Source: Octopus vulgaris
Taxonomy: Eukaryota
Reading direction: 5' to 3'
NCBI GenBank assembly: GCA_951406725.2
Contig: OX597814.1
Coordinates: 99,572,001-99,636,000, forward strand
DNA length: 64,000 bases
Position 1 is the first letter of the stretch. Each line of letters starts with the position of its first letter. The translations under genes and the position numbers were made by a program. Below are positions 12,112 through 24,633 of the stretch, piece by piece. The notes under the pieces were generated by a model. That model saw only the letters and a list, made by a program, of their open reading frames with translations. It was not told the origin of the DNA and searched no databases.

Positions 12112-13514
12112 ATGTCTGTTGAAATTATTCACGAAAGTAGTGCTCTTGAGGAGAGCAATGTTAAAAAATTTTCTGAGGTAGCCGCAGTGGCTACCGAGAA
12201 GATTGACATCGATGTCAACCAGCTCGTCGAGCTATTTAAAAGAATGCAAGAGGAGGGTGGTGATGTTAAAATATCACCCTCCGCCAGTATCGTGGAGACC
12301 GAGAAGCGGACCGTAGTGTTTAAAACTTTCTGTCCACAAAGCAGAAGGTTCAAACACTTTGAAAAAAGCACCATCGAGAAATGCCTGTCCCCGATTTGGA
12401 AGGACATCGTGTACGTCGCCAGGGGACGGGCATATGGCACTGTGGATGTCCGCTTCTCGGGGGAAGAAATGGCCCGCGGGCATTCTGTGAACCCCCTAAA
12501 ACCAAGGAGGTGGTACTTTTTCCAAGCTATAGGGGACGCAGGTCGTCCCGGGTCAGGATTGTAGAAGCCCCGCCGGACGTAGATCCGGTAGAGGTAGTGG
12601 CCGCCCTGTTATATAAAAGGGCGGACAAAATAAAAATACTAGAAGTAACATGCTCTACCCCTCGATTTTGGCTCGGGCGTAACATTAATATATTAATTCA
12701 AGGAACAGCGGAGGACCTGCAGCTCCTTCCTGAGAGGGTGCTCGTGGGCGAGAACGTAGCCCTCAGGGTACAGGTCGAAGGCCGAAAACCCACCTGTTAC
12801 GCCTGCAGCAAAAAGGGCCACATTCGTGTAGACTGTCCAGACAAGCAAAAGAAACCGCAGACACCAGGCCCCTCAGATAATAAAAAAGTCCCTACCCTTG
12901 CAAACACACCTACCCCTACAAAAACAAAAATCCCACTCCTGCTGTTACGGTGCCAACCCCAAAACAGACTGAAGAAAAAAACCCAGCCCTCGCACTCACA
13001 AACCCCTACACTATTAAAACCTCCCACCCCCTAAAAACTGCGGCGCCTACCGAACAAACTATTGCTACCACAGACGATACCATGGAGGTATCAGAGGGGG
13101 GATTTACACCAGTTCGTAAAAGAATTCGTGCAGCATCCCCGTCCACATCCCCTACAAAAAATAATAAAAACAAAGACACACCACAGACACGGAAAAAAAA
13201 AATCCCGCTCAACTGGCCCAGAAAAAGAAGACAAAAAAGAAAATGAACTCATATTAATTGAATTCGACACACAAGACAAATACATAAACGATATTGTGGT
13301 TCAGCATCAGTCAGCAAGACTGTACAACAAATACAAAGATCGAAATAGACACGCGTGGATTGCGGAAACAACGTTCAAACAATTAAAAGACAGACACCCA
13401 AACGCCATCCGGCATATCGCGAACTTGCCGGACTATCTGAAGAAAGAGGAGAAAGAAGGGGCCCACAAACGTGTGGTGAGGTCGGCCCCCACCTCTCCAA
13501 CGAAATGTAAGTAG
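12112..13514 (+). CDS. A1 ORF1, gag-like nucleic-acid-binding protein with zinc knuckle (3 homopolymer frameshifts)
   Basis: CYACSKKGHIRVDC knuckle, P/T/K-rich linker; the frame fragments join at A-runs. Confidence 0.85.
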
Positions 13515-13530
13515 AACCTTTACTTTTGTA

Positions 13531-16500
13531 ATGGCTTCGCTTAACCTTGGTTGTTTAAATGTACGTGGTCTGAGTTCGAAGTGGAAGCAGGCTTGTTTCC
13601 TCGACGACCTCAGATCACATGATATACATGTGATGGTTGCTACAGAGACCAAGCTGGACAGCCTACAAACCTTCTCGCTTCTCCTGAATGGCTACGAGAA
13701 AATCATGTCTCCTGGCCAGACCGGAGGGCGAGGGGGCGTAGTGGTACTGATCCGTAAAGACTTGGCTCTACAGACAAGTACAGTCTATGTAGACCCAGAA
13801 GGTGGGCTGGTCGTCCTTGATGTGACATACAGCAGTAAGGCCTTCAGGTTGATCGGACTCTATGCACCTTGTGCTAGAGGTTTCCAAACTGATTTTTATC
13901 GGCGCCTAGAGGGCTTTCTCGTGACGTCGAAGACTTTAGTGATATTAGGGGACTTTAATGCTATCGTTGACGTACACATCGATAGCGTTGGCTCGATCTA
14001 TAGGAAAGTGAACTCACGTCTCGTGGATCTGCTTAAGCGGTTTCAGCTAGCAGATCGTTACAGACTTGACCATCCGAACGTCCCAGAGTGGACCTGGATG
14101 AGTGGCGACGGAAGGTTCAAGTCTTATCTAGACAGGATAGTGATAAGAACTAGAGATAAGTCTAGTTTTAGTTGTCCACAGCTCGTCCAGGTGCCCTATA
14201 CTGACCATAGAATGGTCACGTGTAGACTGGACATAGATAGCACACTTAAGATAGGAACCGGCTACTGGAAGCTGAACAAGTCTATTTTGACACACGAGGC
14301 ATACCGTAGCCGGATTAAGGTGTTAGTGCAGAGGGCGTTAACCGGAGCCGTGGTTAATAACCGGTGGTGGTTCACCCTCAAAAGAGCCATTCGATTCGAG
14401 TCCATTAGATTTAGTAAACAACTAAGACTAGATAGGGCTAGAATAGAAGGGCAACTAGTTAAGAACTTAGAGGAGGCGTTGAGGTTGGGCTCTGCATCTC
14501 ACATTTTAGCGGCGAGAACGGCATTAGACCGTCACCTCAAAACCAAACATGAGGGATGTAGAGTCCGGGCTAAAGTACGAGCATTGGGCCGTGAGGGAAT
14601 TAATGTTGCCGGATGGGCCCGTACGATAGAAACACAGCGTGGAAACGATGCCACAATTGGGTCTCTTGTTGATGAAAACGGATGCACGATCAAGAAGCGG
14701 GACGAGATGTGTGAGGCACTCCACAAGCACTTCGCCGAGTTGTTCGGGAGGAGCGGGACGCTGGATCATGGTGAGGCCCTTAGGGACTTCCTGTCTGGTG
14801 GCCCGCGCCTCTCGACACGAGAGGCTGAGTGCTGTGAAGGGCCAATCACAGCCGAGGAAGTAATCGAGGTGTTGGGCAAGTGCCCCGGGGAGAAGTCGCC
14901 GGGTCTCGATGGTCTGCCCTATGAATTTTATAGAAGTATGCCAAACTTGTTCGTGCACCTGCTGGCTAGCGTCTACGCCAACTGGCAGCAGAATGGGAGA
15001 ATTCCCAAGTCTGCGAGCCGGGGGCGGTGACCTTGATCAGGAAGGACCCGAACAAGGGGGACGAGATAGGGAACTTCAGGCCCATAACTCTGTTAAACAC
15101 AGAGTTAAAGATTCTGGCCAAGGTGCTAGCAAAAGGTTGGCGCGGGTCGTGGACAAACTTGTCGGGGAAGCGCAAACGTGCGCTATCCCCGGCAGAACGA
15201 TCCACGACAATCTCCACCTTATACGCTACTCCTTAGAGAGGGTGGGGAAGCTTTCTGGCGCAGGGGGAGCACTGGTACATTTAGACCAGTCCAAAGCATT
15301 TGATAGGGTCGACCATCGGTACCTGGCGGCGGTCCTCGGAGAGGCTGGCCTAGGCCCGACCTTTCGAGGTTGGATCGCTGCTTTGTATAGCGACATCGAG
15401 TCTGTAGTCAAGGTGAACGGTTCCTTTTCGAAGCCGTTCAGGATCGAGCGTTCAGTTCGTCAAGGGTGTCCCCTGTCCTCGCTCCTATACGTATTGGCTC
15501 TTGAGCCTTTGCTGCGGAAGTTGGAGGCACTAGGGGCGCGCCGCATGATCTATGGTGTGGAAGAGGAGCTACGGCGTATGCGGATGACACCTCCATCATC
15601 GTGGCAGACGAAGGCCAGCTTCCAGTGGTGGAAGAGGCCATAAAAAGCTACGAGGCGGTGGCAGGAGCAAAGGTTAACAAGGACAAGTCGGTCGGTTTGC
15701 AACTCGGCACCTGGAGGGGCAAGCCGATGCCGTCCAATAACGTCGTAGGGCGTTGGACGGAAGGTCCTGTTAAGCTGCTCGGAGTCTGGTTCGGGCCAGA
15801 CCTCCAGATTGAGAAAAATTGGAGTGAGGTGGCCAACAAGGTGACCGCTCTAACCCAGACCTGGTCTGGGCGGGCGTTATCCCTGCTAGGGAAGTCGGGG
15901 GTGGTGCAGATGTTTATAGCATCAGTAATCACCTACCGTCTGACCGTGGTGCCTTGCCCCGATTTGTGGGTGAACAAGTTGGAGAGAATCCTTTTCCGAT
16001 TTTTGTGGAAAGGAGGAAAGCCACTTGTAAAGCGCTCTGTCTGCTGCCAGAAACCACTAAAGGGTGGGCTAGGGATGCCTTGGCTGAGGATGCGAAAACT
16101 CGCGTTAAGGTTGAGGCACCTCTGGCTTTACCTGGATGGAGAGCAGGTGTGGTCGCCGCACGTCCGGTTCTACCTTCCCCAGTTAACATCCCTAACGGAC
16201 ATCGGTGCATGGATCAAGCGGAGACCTAAACTGAGTGAATGGCATTTGGAGTGCCGTCAGGCGCTCCAGCTACTATCTCGGGTGGGCAACGCCGGCAACA
16301 GGAGTTCCACCACGGATTTCTATAGCGGGTTAGTGGAGATTAAGTCCGAAGACGCCTTGGGGAGACCCTGGGCTACGATGAAAATCAGTTGATCAACCTG
16401 TTCCGGAGGACGTTCGGGCCGGGGTATCTGGATAATTACCAGAAATCCCTAGCCTGGCAATGTTTCCGTGCGGCTTTACCTGTTCGCGACAAGCTGTCAA

Positions 16501-16928
16501 GGCACGGTAGTGCCGTCTCGCCGACATGCCCGCGATGTGAGCAGAATAGGGAGACCGTCTTGCACGCATTCGTGGAGTGTCCGGAGTTATCGGGACTGAT
16601 AGCTTTTGTAGAACAACTGTTGTCAGTGATGGGAAGAGTACAGCTATCAGCTGAGTCTATCATCGAGATTGTGCCGCCCCCTTTCCTTAACAGGGAAAGA
16701 AAGGCTTGTTTTTTCTGTGTAGTAGCCATATTGAAAGAAACAGTATGGAAGACGCGTACGAAAGGTATAGTGACAGGCACCTTTGTCTCCGGCCAGGGGT
16801 TGATTAACTTTTTTAGTTACCACCTCAGTAGCAAAATCAGGCTGGAGAAGAGGTGTCTGTCACAAGATATGTTTGTGAAAAGATGGAAGCCTGTGGCATA
16901 CAAGATGGGTATGTTTGGCACCAGGTAA
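13531..16928 (+). CDS. A1 ORF2, AP endonuclease + reverse transcriptase + C-terminal zinc-binding domain (4 homopolymer frameshifts)
   Basis: LNVRGL, ATETK, LGDFNA, YLDR, TDH, GYWKLN, KSPGLDGLPYEFY, FRPITLLN, LDQSKAFDRVDH, VRQGCPLS, AYADD, GGLGMP, CPRC..ETVLHAFVEC. Confidence 0.92.
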
Positions 16929-17171
16929 GTGTGACCGGATCAGAAAGTAAAGGTTCTACCCGGATGGCTGGGTGTCCGTCCTTCGACATGATCATTAATA
17001 TTTTTAAACATTGCCTTCGTAAAATTCATTGTTTATAATCTTATCCGTAATTTCATTCGAAAATTGTAACTGTGTTAAGCTACTTCACCCTTTATATTTG
17101 TCTGTCCTTGTTTGTCCCCTCTTTGTAAATGCCTAAATGGCAAATTATATGAAATAAAGTAGCTTGCTAAC

Positions 17172-19143
17172 TGCGCATGTGCGAGTCAGTGTTGTGTTTG
17201 CCACTGAAGCAGTGAAGATGTGCTTTTGAAGCCGTCTTGAATTGAAAACTTTGGAAGCCACATGTAAGGTAAGATTCTGTTTTCTGGGTCCAGTGGGAGT
17301 TTTTGTTGAGAATTATTTTTTACATGCAGGAAGTCCTACTGGATTCAGAATTCTGATTCTGCCGACATGTGGCAAATATATTTTTCTCGCTGAGAAAATT
17401 TTTGGGGCGTATCCGTCTTCGAATTGTATTGTGCTGTGAAGAACTACCAATTTTACACCAATTCATGTGGAAGTTGTGCGATCCTGGTTCGATTTAGGCC
17501 GGGAGTACCAAATGGCCAAAAGGATTTTGCTGCGTTTTTGACTTTCTTTTTAACTTTATTTGACTTTCTTTTCAACTTTATTTGACTCTCTCCTTTTTTC
17601 ATTGTGACTTTCTTCGGATTTCCTTTTCTTCTCGTCTTTTAGTTTTATTCTAAATACATTTATTTAAAAAAAAACAAAAAAACATGGCAACAAAAGAAAC
17701 CACCGCTTTGGAATGGGAGGTCATCCCACCCAAAACGTGGATTGAAAGTCTTGAGAAGAGGACGGTGGTCCTACGAACCTATTCTAGGTCGCGTGGAGCC
17801 ATTGCCCTCTTCGACAGGAATACTATAGAGAAAGAGTTGGGGGACTACCTGCCAACTATAAAATTTATTTCTCGGGGGACTAAATTTGTAACGGTGTGGT
17901 TGCTGTTTGGTACCCCCGAGGAAGCTAGCAGATTTGCTAGCGAGCCACTGGAGGGAGAGGAAATTTTGTTCCTCCTCTCGTATTGTGGCAGAAAAGTGAA
18001 AAGAGCCTGGGTGTGTGGGCTGCCCCCGGGCACGGAGGCGGAATGGATCGAGAAGACCATCCGGTGAGGCCTGGGGGATAGCGGACCCAGACTGCTGAGT
18101 GTGAAGGTGGCTCCCGCGGCCGCCTGGGAGGGGTCGAGGGCAACTTTAACCCTGTGGACACCGGTAGCCGTGGGAGAAATGAAATTCCCGGACTTCCTGA
18201 GAATGGCTGGGCACAGGTACCCGGTGATACTCGAGGGTCGCCCCCCCAAGTGTCACCTGTGCCTGAAGCCCGGACATATCAGGAGGAATTGTCCCAGGGG
18301 CCGTGGTGGTGCCCCGGAGCAGAGAGGGGAAAAGGCGCCCGCCGCCCCCTCATTGGAGGGGAGACGATGGAAGTCGTGGAGGAGGTTGCCTCCACGAAAA
18401 GAAAGAGAAAGGCGAGCAACAATGGTTGCCCGCCAAAGAACGCTCAGGGGGCGAAGGGGGATAGCAATCCCCCGTGTCTGGTGACGGAGTCCCCTGGGTC
18501 AGCAGTCTCCCCCAAAAGAAGGAGGAGAAAAAGGAGAGGTCGGACGACTGACGTTTCTGTGTCGCCGACGGAGCCGCGGGTGGGATGTGTGCCACCCGCG
18601 GACAAGGCTCCGCCAGTAGGAAGTGTGCCACTGACGGAGCAGTGTGAGGTCCCTCCCTGTGAAGAGGAGATGCTTCTCCTCCTTTACCACAAGGGAGAGG
18701 AGGTGGAAAGATTCTTGAATGGCTTGGGTGACCGAGAGCGTAAGGGCACGGTCGGCTCAAGGAGTCCGTTATGGCCTCCGCGGGTAGCTGCGGAAAAAAT
18801 AACAGAAGATACTTTGTCAAGGGTCGCAGAGACCTTTGAAAAGAAAGACTTTACTTTTCTCTTTGCAGGCCCTGACTTGTCGTCGCAGAGTTGTCTGCAG
18901 GCGGCAAGACAATTTGCTTCGGGGACCTGACGAGAAGAATTGTTGAACATTTTTTATGTAATTTGAATCATTGTTTATTGAATGTATTTATTGAAACATT
19001 GTTTTAGAGAAGCGAAAGTCGGCGGGCGCTTTCGACTTCTCCCATCACCATCTTCATCCACCACCACCATCATCCCTTAATGTCCTTGTCCAGCCCGTAG
19101 CTACTACTCTGTGTGCTGCCCTAGTGGCAAATTATATAAAATA
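17172..19143 (+). mobile_element. ORF1-only non-autonomous retroelement (element B) related to the Tx1 LINE
   Basis: Bounded by identical 15-bp target copies (17157-17171, 19144-19158); ORF1 homolog only; 3' end TGCC-N5-GGCAAATTATAT.AAATA shared with A. Confidence 0.85.
17684..18930 (+). pseudogene. Element B ORF1 with CCHC knuckle (in-frame TGA at 18065, frameshift near 18360)
   Basis: EKRTVV, TIEK.L, SY.GR, EGRPPKCHLCLKPGHIRRNC and TMEV align with A ORF1 but are strongly diverged. Confidence 0.8.
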
Positions 19144-19586
19144 AAGTAGCTTGCTAACCTCACTGACTGAAGAGTGACTTTGCTTACCTTACTACGGTTT
19201 GGACGCGTTTTCTTCCCGGTAAGAGTTTTGCTGTGTTGTTAATATTACTTCGTACCATCTGGAACTTGTTGAATTTTACTACTGAAAATTTGTTTTTGAA
19301 CGTTGTTGAACTGTCTTGTTCCTCGGTTTTACCGGGGAATAATTGGATAATTTGTTACTGTTGAACTGTTAGCCATAGTGGCTTTTTAATCTACGTGACT
19401 GTATATAGTCTTTCCAGACTATCTTCGTGCCCCTCCCCCGAATGGGGGGGGGGAATTAAACCTAATTTTTGAAATGCTTTTTACCACTCATTGAACTGGA
19501 AGAAAAACTTTTTATAGGTTTCCCAGTTTTGTGGGAAACCAATATTTGTATTTTTTGTGTTGTCTATTACTAATTTCAACAGAATA

Positions 19587-21002
19587 ATGTCTGTTGAGAT
19601 TATCCACGAAAATAGTGCTCTAGAGGAAAGCAATGTTGATAATTGTAGTAAAAAATTGTCGGCGGTAGCCGCAGTGGCAACCGAGAACATTGACATCAAT
19701 GTCAATCAGCTCGTCGAACTATTGAAAAGAATGAAAGAGGAGGGTGGTGATGTTAAAATATCACCCTCCGCCAGTATCGTGGAGACTGAGAAGCGGACCG
19801 TAGTGTTTAAAACCTTCTGTCCACAAAGCAGAAGCTTCAAACACTTTGAAAAGAATACTATCGAGAAATGCCTGTCCCCGATTTGGAAGGACATTGTGTA
19901 CGTCGCCAGGGGAGGGGCATATGACACTGTGGAGGTCCGCTTCTCGGGGGAAGAGGTGGCCCGCAGGCATTCTGTGAATCCCCTAAAAACTAAGGAGGTG
20001 GTACTTCTGCTAACCTATAGGGGACGCAGGACGTCCCGGGTCAGGATTGCAGAAGCACCGCCGGAAGTACATCCTGTAGAGGTAGTGGCCGCCCAGTTAT
20101 ATAAAAAGACGGACAAAATTAAAATATTACAGGTAACATGCTCTGTCCCTCAATATTGGCTTGGGCGAGACATTAATGTAATAATTCAAGGAACACAGGA
20201 GGACCTGCAGGTCCTTCCTGAGAGGGTGCTCGTGGGCGAGAATGTTGCCCTCAGGGTACAGGTCGAAGGCTGAAAACCCACCTGTTACGCCTGCGGCAAA
20301 AAGGACCACATTCGTGTAGACTGTCCAGACAAGCAAAAGAAACCGCAGACTCCAGGCCCCTCAGATAATAACAAAATCCCTACCCTTGCAAACTCACCTA
20401 CCCCTACAAAAAACAAAAAGTCCCACTCATGCTGTTACGGTGCCAACCCCAAAACAAACTGACAAAAAAACCCAGCCCTTGCACTCACAACCCCATCATT
20501 ATTAAAACTTCCCATCCCCTTAAAAACTGCGGCGCCTACTGAACAAAATATTGCTACGCCAGACGATACCATGGAGGTATCAGAGGGGGGATTTACAAAA
20601 GTTCGTAAAAGAACTCGTGCATCATCCCCGTCAACATCCCCTACAAAAAATAATAAAAACAAAGACACACCACAGACACCAAAAAAAAAATCCTGCCCAA
20701 CTGGCCCAGAAAAAGAAGACAAAGAAAATGAACTCATATTAATTGAATATGATACACAAAACAAATATATAAACGATATTGTGGTTCCGCATCACACAGC
20801 AAGACTGTACAACAAACACAAAGATCGAAACGAAAGATGTGCGTGGATTGCGGAAATAACGTTCAAACAATTAAAAGACAGACACCCAAAGGCCATCCGG
20901 CGTATCGCGAACTTGCCGGACTATCTGAAGAAGGAGGAGAAAGAAGGGGCCCACAAATGTGTGGTGAGGTCGGCCCCAACCTCTGCAACGAAATGTAAGT
21001 AG
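19587..21002 (+). pseudogene. A2 ORF1, disrupted
   Basis: Highly similar to A1 ORF1; CGA>TGA at 20271 just before the knuckle. Confidence 0.85.
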
Positions 21003-21019
21003 AACTTTTACGTTTTGTA

Positions 21020-24000
21020 ATGGGTTCTCTTAACCTTGGTTGTTTGAATATGCGTGGTCTGAGTTCGAAGTGGAAGCAGGCTTGTTTCCTCGACGACCTC
21101 AGATCACATGTGATGGTTGCTACAGAGACCAAGCTGGACAGCCTACAAACCTTTTCGCCTCTCCTGAATGGCTACGAGAAAATCATGTCTCCTGGCCAGA
21201 CCGGAGGGCGCGGGGGTGTAGTGGTACTGATCTGTAAAGACTTGGCTCTGCAGACAAGTACAGTCTATGTGGACCCAGAAGGTGGGCTGGCCGTCCTTGA
21301 TGTGACATACAGCAGTAAGGCCTTCAGGTTGATCGGACTCTATGCACCTTGTGCTAGAGGTTTCCAAACTGATTTTTATCGGCGCCTAGAGGGCTTTCTC
21401 GTGACGTTGAAGACTTTAGTAGTATTAGGGGACTTTAATGCTATCGTTGACGTACACATCGATAGCGTTGGCTCGATCCATAGGAAAGTGAACTCACGTC
21501 TCGTGGATCTACTTAAGCGGTTTCAGCTGGCAGATCGTTACAGACTTGACCATCCGAACGTCCCAGAGTGGACCTGGATGAGTGGCGACGGAAGGTTCAA
21601 GTCTTATCTAGACAGGATAGTGATAAGAACTAGAGATAAGTCTAGTTTTAGTTGTCCACAGCTCGTCCAGGTGCCCTATACTGACCATAGAATGGTCAAG
21701 TGTAGACTGGACATAGATAGCACACTTAAGATAGGAACCGGCTACTGGAAGCTGAACAAGTCTATTTTGACTCGCGAGGCATACCGTAGCCGGATTAAGG
21801 AGTTAGTGCAGAGGGCGTTAACCGGAGCCGTGGTTAATAACCGGTGGTGGTTCGCCCTCAAAAGAGCCATTCGATTCGTGTCCATTAGATTTAGTAAACA
21901 ACTAAGACTAGATAGGGCTAGAATAGAAGGGCAACTAGTTAAGAACTTAGAGGAGGCGTTGAGGTTGGGCTCTGCATCTCATATTTTAGCGGCGAGAACG
22001 GCATTAGACCGTCACCTCAAAACCAAACATGAGGGATGTAGAGTTCGGGCTAAAGTACGAGCATTGGGCCGTGAGGGAATTAATGTTGCCGGATGGGCCC
22101 GTACGATAGAAACACAGCGTGGCAACAATGCTACAATTGAGTCTCTTGTTGATGAAAACGGATGCTCGGTCAAGAAGCGGGACGAGATGTGTGAGGCACT
22201 TCACAAGCACTTCGCCGAGTTGTTCGGGAGGAGCGGGACGCTGGATCATGGTGAGGCCCTTAGGGACTTCCTGTCTTGTGTCCCGCGTCTCTAGACACGA
22301 GAGGCTGAGTGCTGTGAAGAGCCAATCACAGCCGAGGAAGTAATCGAGGTGCCCCGGGGAGAAGTCGCCGGGTCTCGATGGGCTGCCCTATGAATTTTAT
22401 AAAAGTATGCCAGACTTGTTCGGGCACCTGCTGGCTAGCGTCTACGCCAACTGGCAGCAGAATGGGAGAATTCTCAAGTCTGCGAGCCGGGGGTGGGGTG
22501 ACGTTGATCAGGAAGGACCCGAGCAAGGGGGACGAGATAGGGAACTTCATGCCCATAACTCTGCTGAGTTAAAGATTCTGGCCAAAGTGCTAGCAAAAAC
22601 GTTGGCGCGGGTCGTGGACAAACTTGTCGGGGAAGCGCAAACGTGCGCTATCCCTGGCAGAACGATCCACGATAATTCCGCCTTATACGCTACTCCTTAG
22701 AGAGGGTGGGGAAGCTTTCTGGCGCAGGGGGAGCACTGGTACATTTAGACCAGTCCAAAGCATTTGAAAGGGTCGACCATCGGTACTTGGCGGCGGTCCT
22801 CGGAGAGGCTGGCCTAGGCCCGACCTTTTGAGGTTGGATCGCTGCTTTGTATAGCGACATCGAGTCTGTAGTCAAGGTGAACGGTTTCTTTTCGAAGCCG
22901 TTCATGATCGAGCGTTCAGTTCGTCAGGAGTGTCCCCTGTCCTCGCCCCTATACGTATTGACTCTTGAGCCTTTGCTGCGGAAGTTGGAGGCACTAGGGG
23001 GGGGGGGGGCACCGCATGATCTATGGTGTGGAAGAGGAACTACGGCGTATGCGGATGACACCTCCATCATCGTGGCAGATGAAGGCCAGCTTCCAGTCGT
23101 GGAAGAGGCCATCAAAAGCTACGAGGCGGTGACAGGAACAAAGGTTAACAAGGACAAGTCGGTCGGTTTGCAACTCGGCACCTGGAGGGATTAGCCGATG
23201 CCGTCTAATAACGTTGTGGGGCGTTGGACGGAAGGTCCTGTTAAGCTGCTCGGCGTCTGGATTGGCCCAGACCTCCAGATAGAGAAAAATTGGAGTGACG
23301 TGGCCAGCAAGGTGACCGCTCTAACCCAGACCTGGTCTGGGCGGGCGTTATCTCTGCTAGGGAAAGCAGAGGTGGTGCAGATGTTTATAGCATCCACTAA
23401 TCATCTACCGTCTGACCGTGGTGCCTTGCCCCGATTTGTGTCTGAACAAGTTGGAGAGAATCCTTTTCCGCTTTTTGTGGAAAGGAGGAAAGCCACTTGT
23501 AAAGCGCTCTGTCTGCTGCCAGAAACCTCTAAAGGGTGGGCTAGGGATGCCTTGGCTGAGGATGCGAAGACTCGCGTTAAGGTTGAGGCACCTTTGGCTT
23601 TACCTGAATGGAGAGCAGGTGTGGTCACCGCACGTCCGGTTCTACCTTCCCCAGTTAACATCCCTAACGGACATCAGTGTATGGATCAAGCGGAAACCTA
23701 AACTGGGTGAATGGCATTTGGAGTGCCGTCAGGCGCTCCAGCTACTCTCTCGGGCGGGCAACGCCTGCAACAAGAGTTCCACCACGGATTTCTATAGTGG
23801 GTTACTGGAACTTATGTCAGAAGACGCCTTAGGGGAAGCCCTGGGCTACGATGAAAATCAGTTGGTCAACCTGTTCCGGAGGACGTTCGGGCCGGGGTAT
23901 CTGGATAATTACCAGAAATCCCTGGCCTGGCAGTGTTTCCGTGCGGCTTTACCTGTTCGCGACAAGCTGTCAAGGCACAGAAGTGCCGTCTCGCCGACAT

Positions 24001-24401
24001 ACCCACGATGTGAGCAGGATAGGGAAACCGTCTTGCACGCATTCGTGGAGTGTCCGGAGTTATCGGGACTGATAGCTTTTGCCGAACAACTGTTGTCAAT
24101 GATGGGAAGAGTACAGCTATCAGCTGAGTCTATCATCGAGATTGTGCCGCTTCCTTTCCTTAACAGGGAAAGAAAGGCTTGTTTTTTCTGTGTAGTAGCC
24201 ATATTGAAAGAAACAGTATGGAAGACGCGCACGAAAGGTATAGTGACAGGCACCTTTGTCTCCGGCCAGGGGTTGATTAACTTTTTTAGTTACCACCTCA
24301 GTTGCAAAATCAGGCTGGAGAAGAGGTGTCTGTCACGAGATATGTTTGTGAAAAGATGGAAGCCTGTGGCATGCAAGCTGAGTATGTTTGGCACCAGGTA
24401 A
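21020..24401 (+). pseudogene. A2 ORF2, disrupted
   Basis: APE, RT and zinc motifs as in A1, with stops, deletions and KAFD>KAFE, QGC>QEC changes. Confidence 0.88.
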
Positions 24402-24633
24402 GTGTGACCGGATCAAAAAGTAAAGGTTCTACCCGGATGGCTGGGTGTCTGTCCTTCGACATGATCACTAAGTAATACTTTTAAACATTGTCTTCGTAAA
24501 GTTCATTGCTTATAATCTTATCCGTAATTTCATTCGAAAATTTTAACTGTGTTAAGCTACTTCACCCTTTATATCTGTCTGTCCTTGTTTGTCCCCTCTT
24601 TGTAAATGCCTAAATAGCAAATTATATGAAATA

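Larger units (their letters stand above)
11756..17156 (+). mobile_element. Tx1-clade (L1 group) non-LTR retrotransposon, copy A1
   Basis: Two ORFs (CCHC ORF1; APE-RT-zinc ORF2), bounded by AAGTAGCTTGCTAAC at 11741-11755 and 17157-17171. Confidence 0.93.
19159..24633 (+). mobile_element. Tx1-clade LINE copy A2, full-length but decayed
   Basis: Colinear with A1, with 34 extra 5' bases; in-frame stops (20271, 22292, 23191) and small deletions. Confidence 0.93.

Noticed and set aside
17104-17121. TGTTTGTCCCC shared between the LINE 3' UTR and the SINE 3' module
   Set aside because: Only 11 nt of low-complexity sequence, and the SINE tail does not match the LINE tail, so the SINE is not evidently mobilised by this LINE
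11756-24633. A1/A2 as an assembly duplication or simple tandem duplication
   Set aside because: The copies differ by many substitutions and indels, have different 5' ends, and are separated by element B with its own target copies
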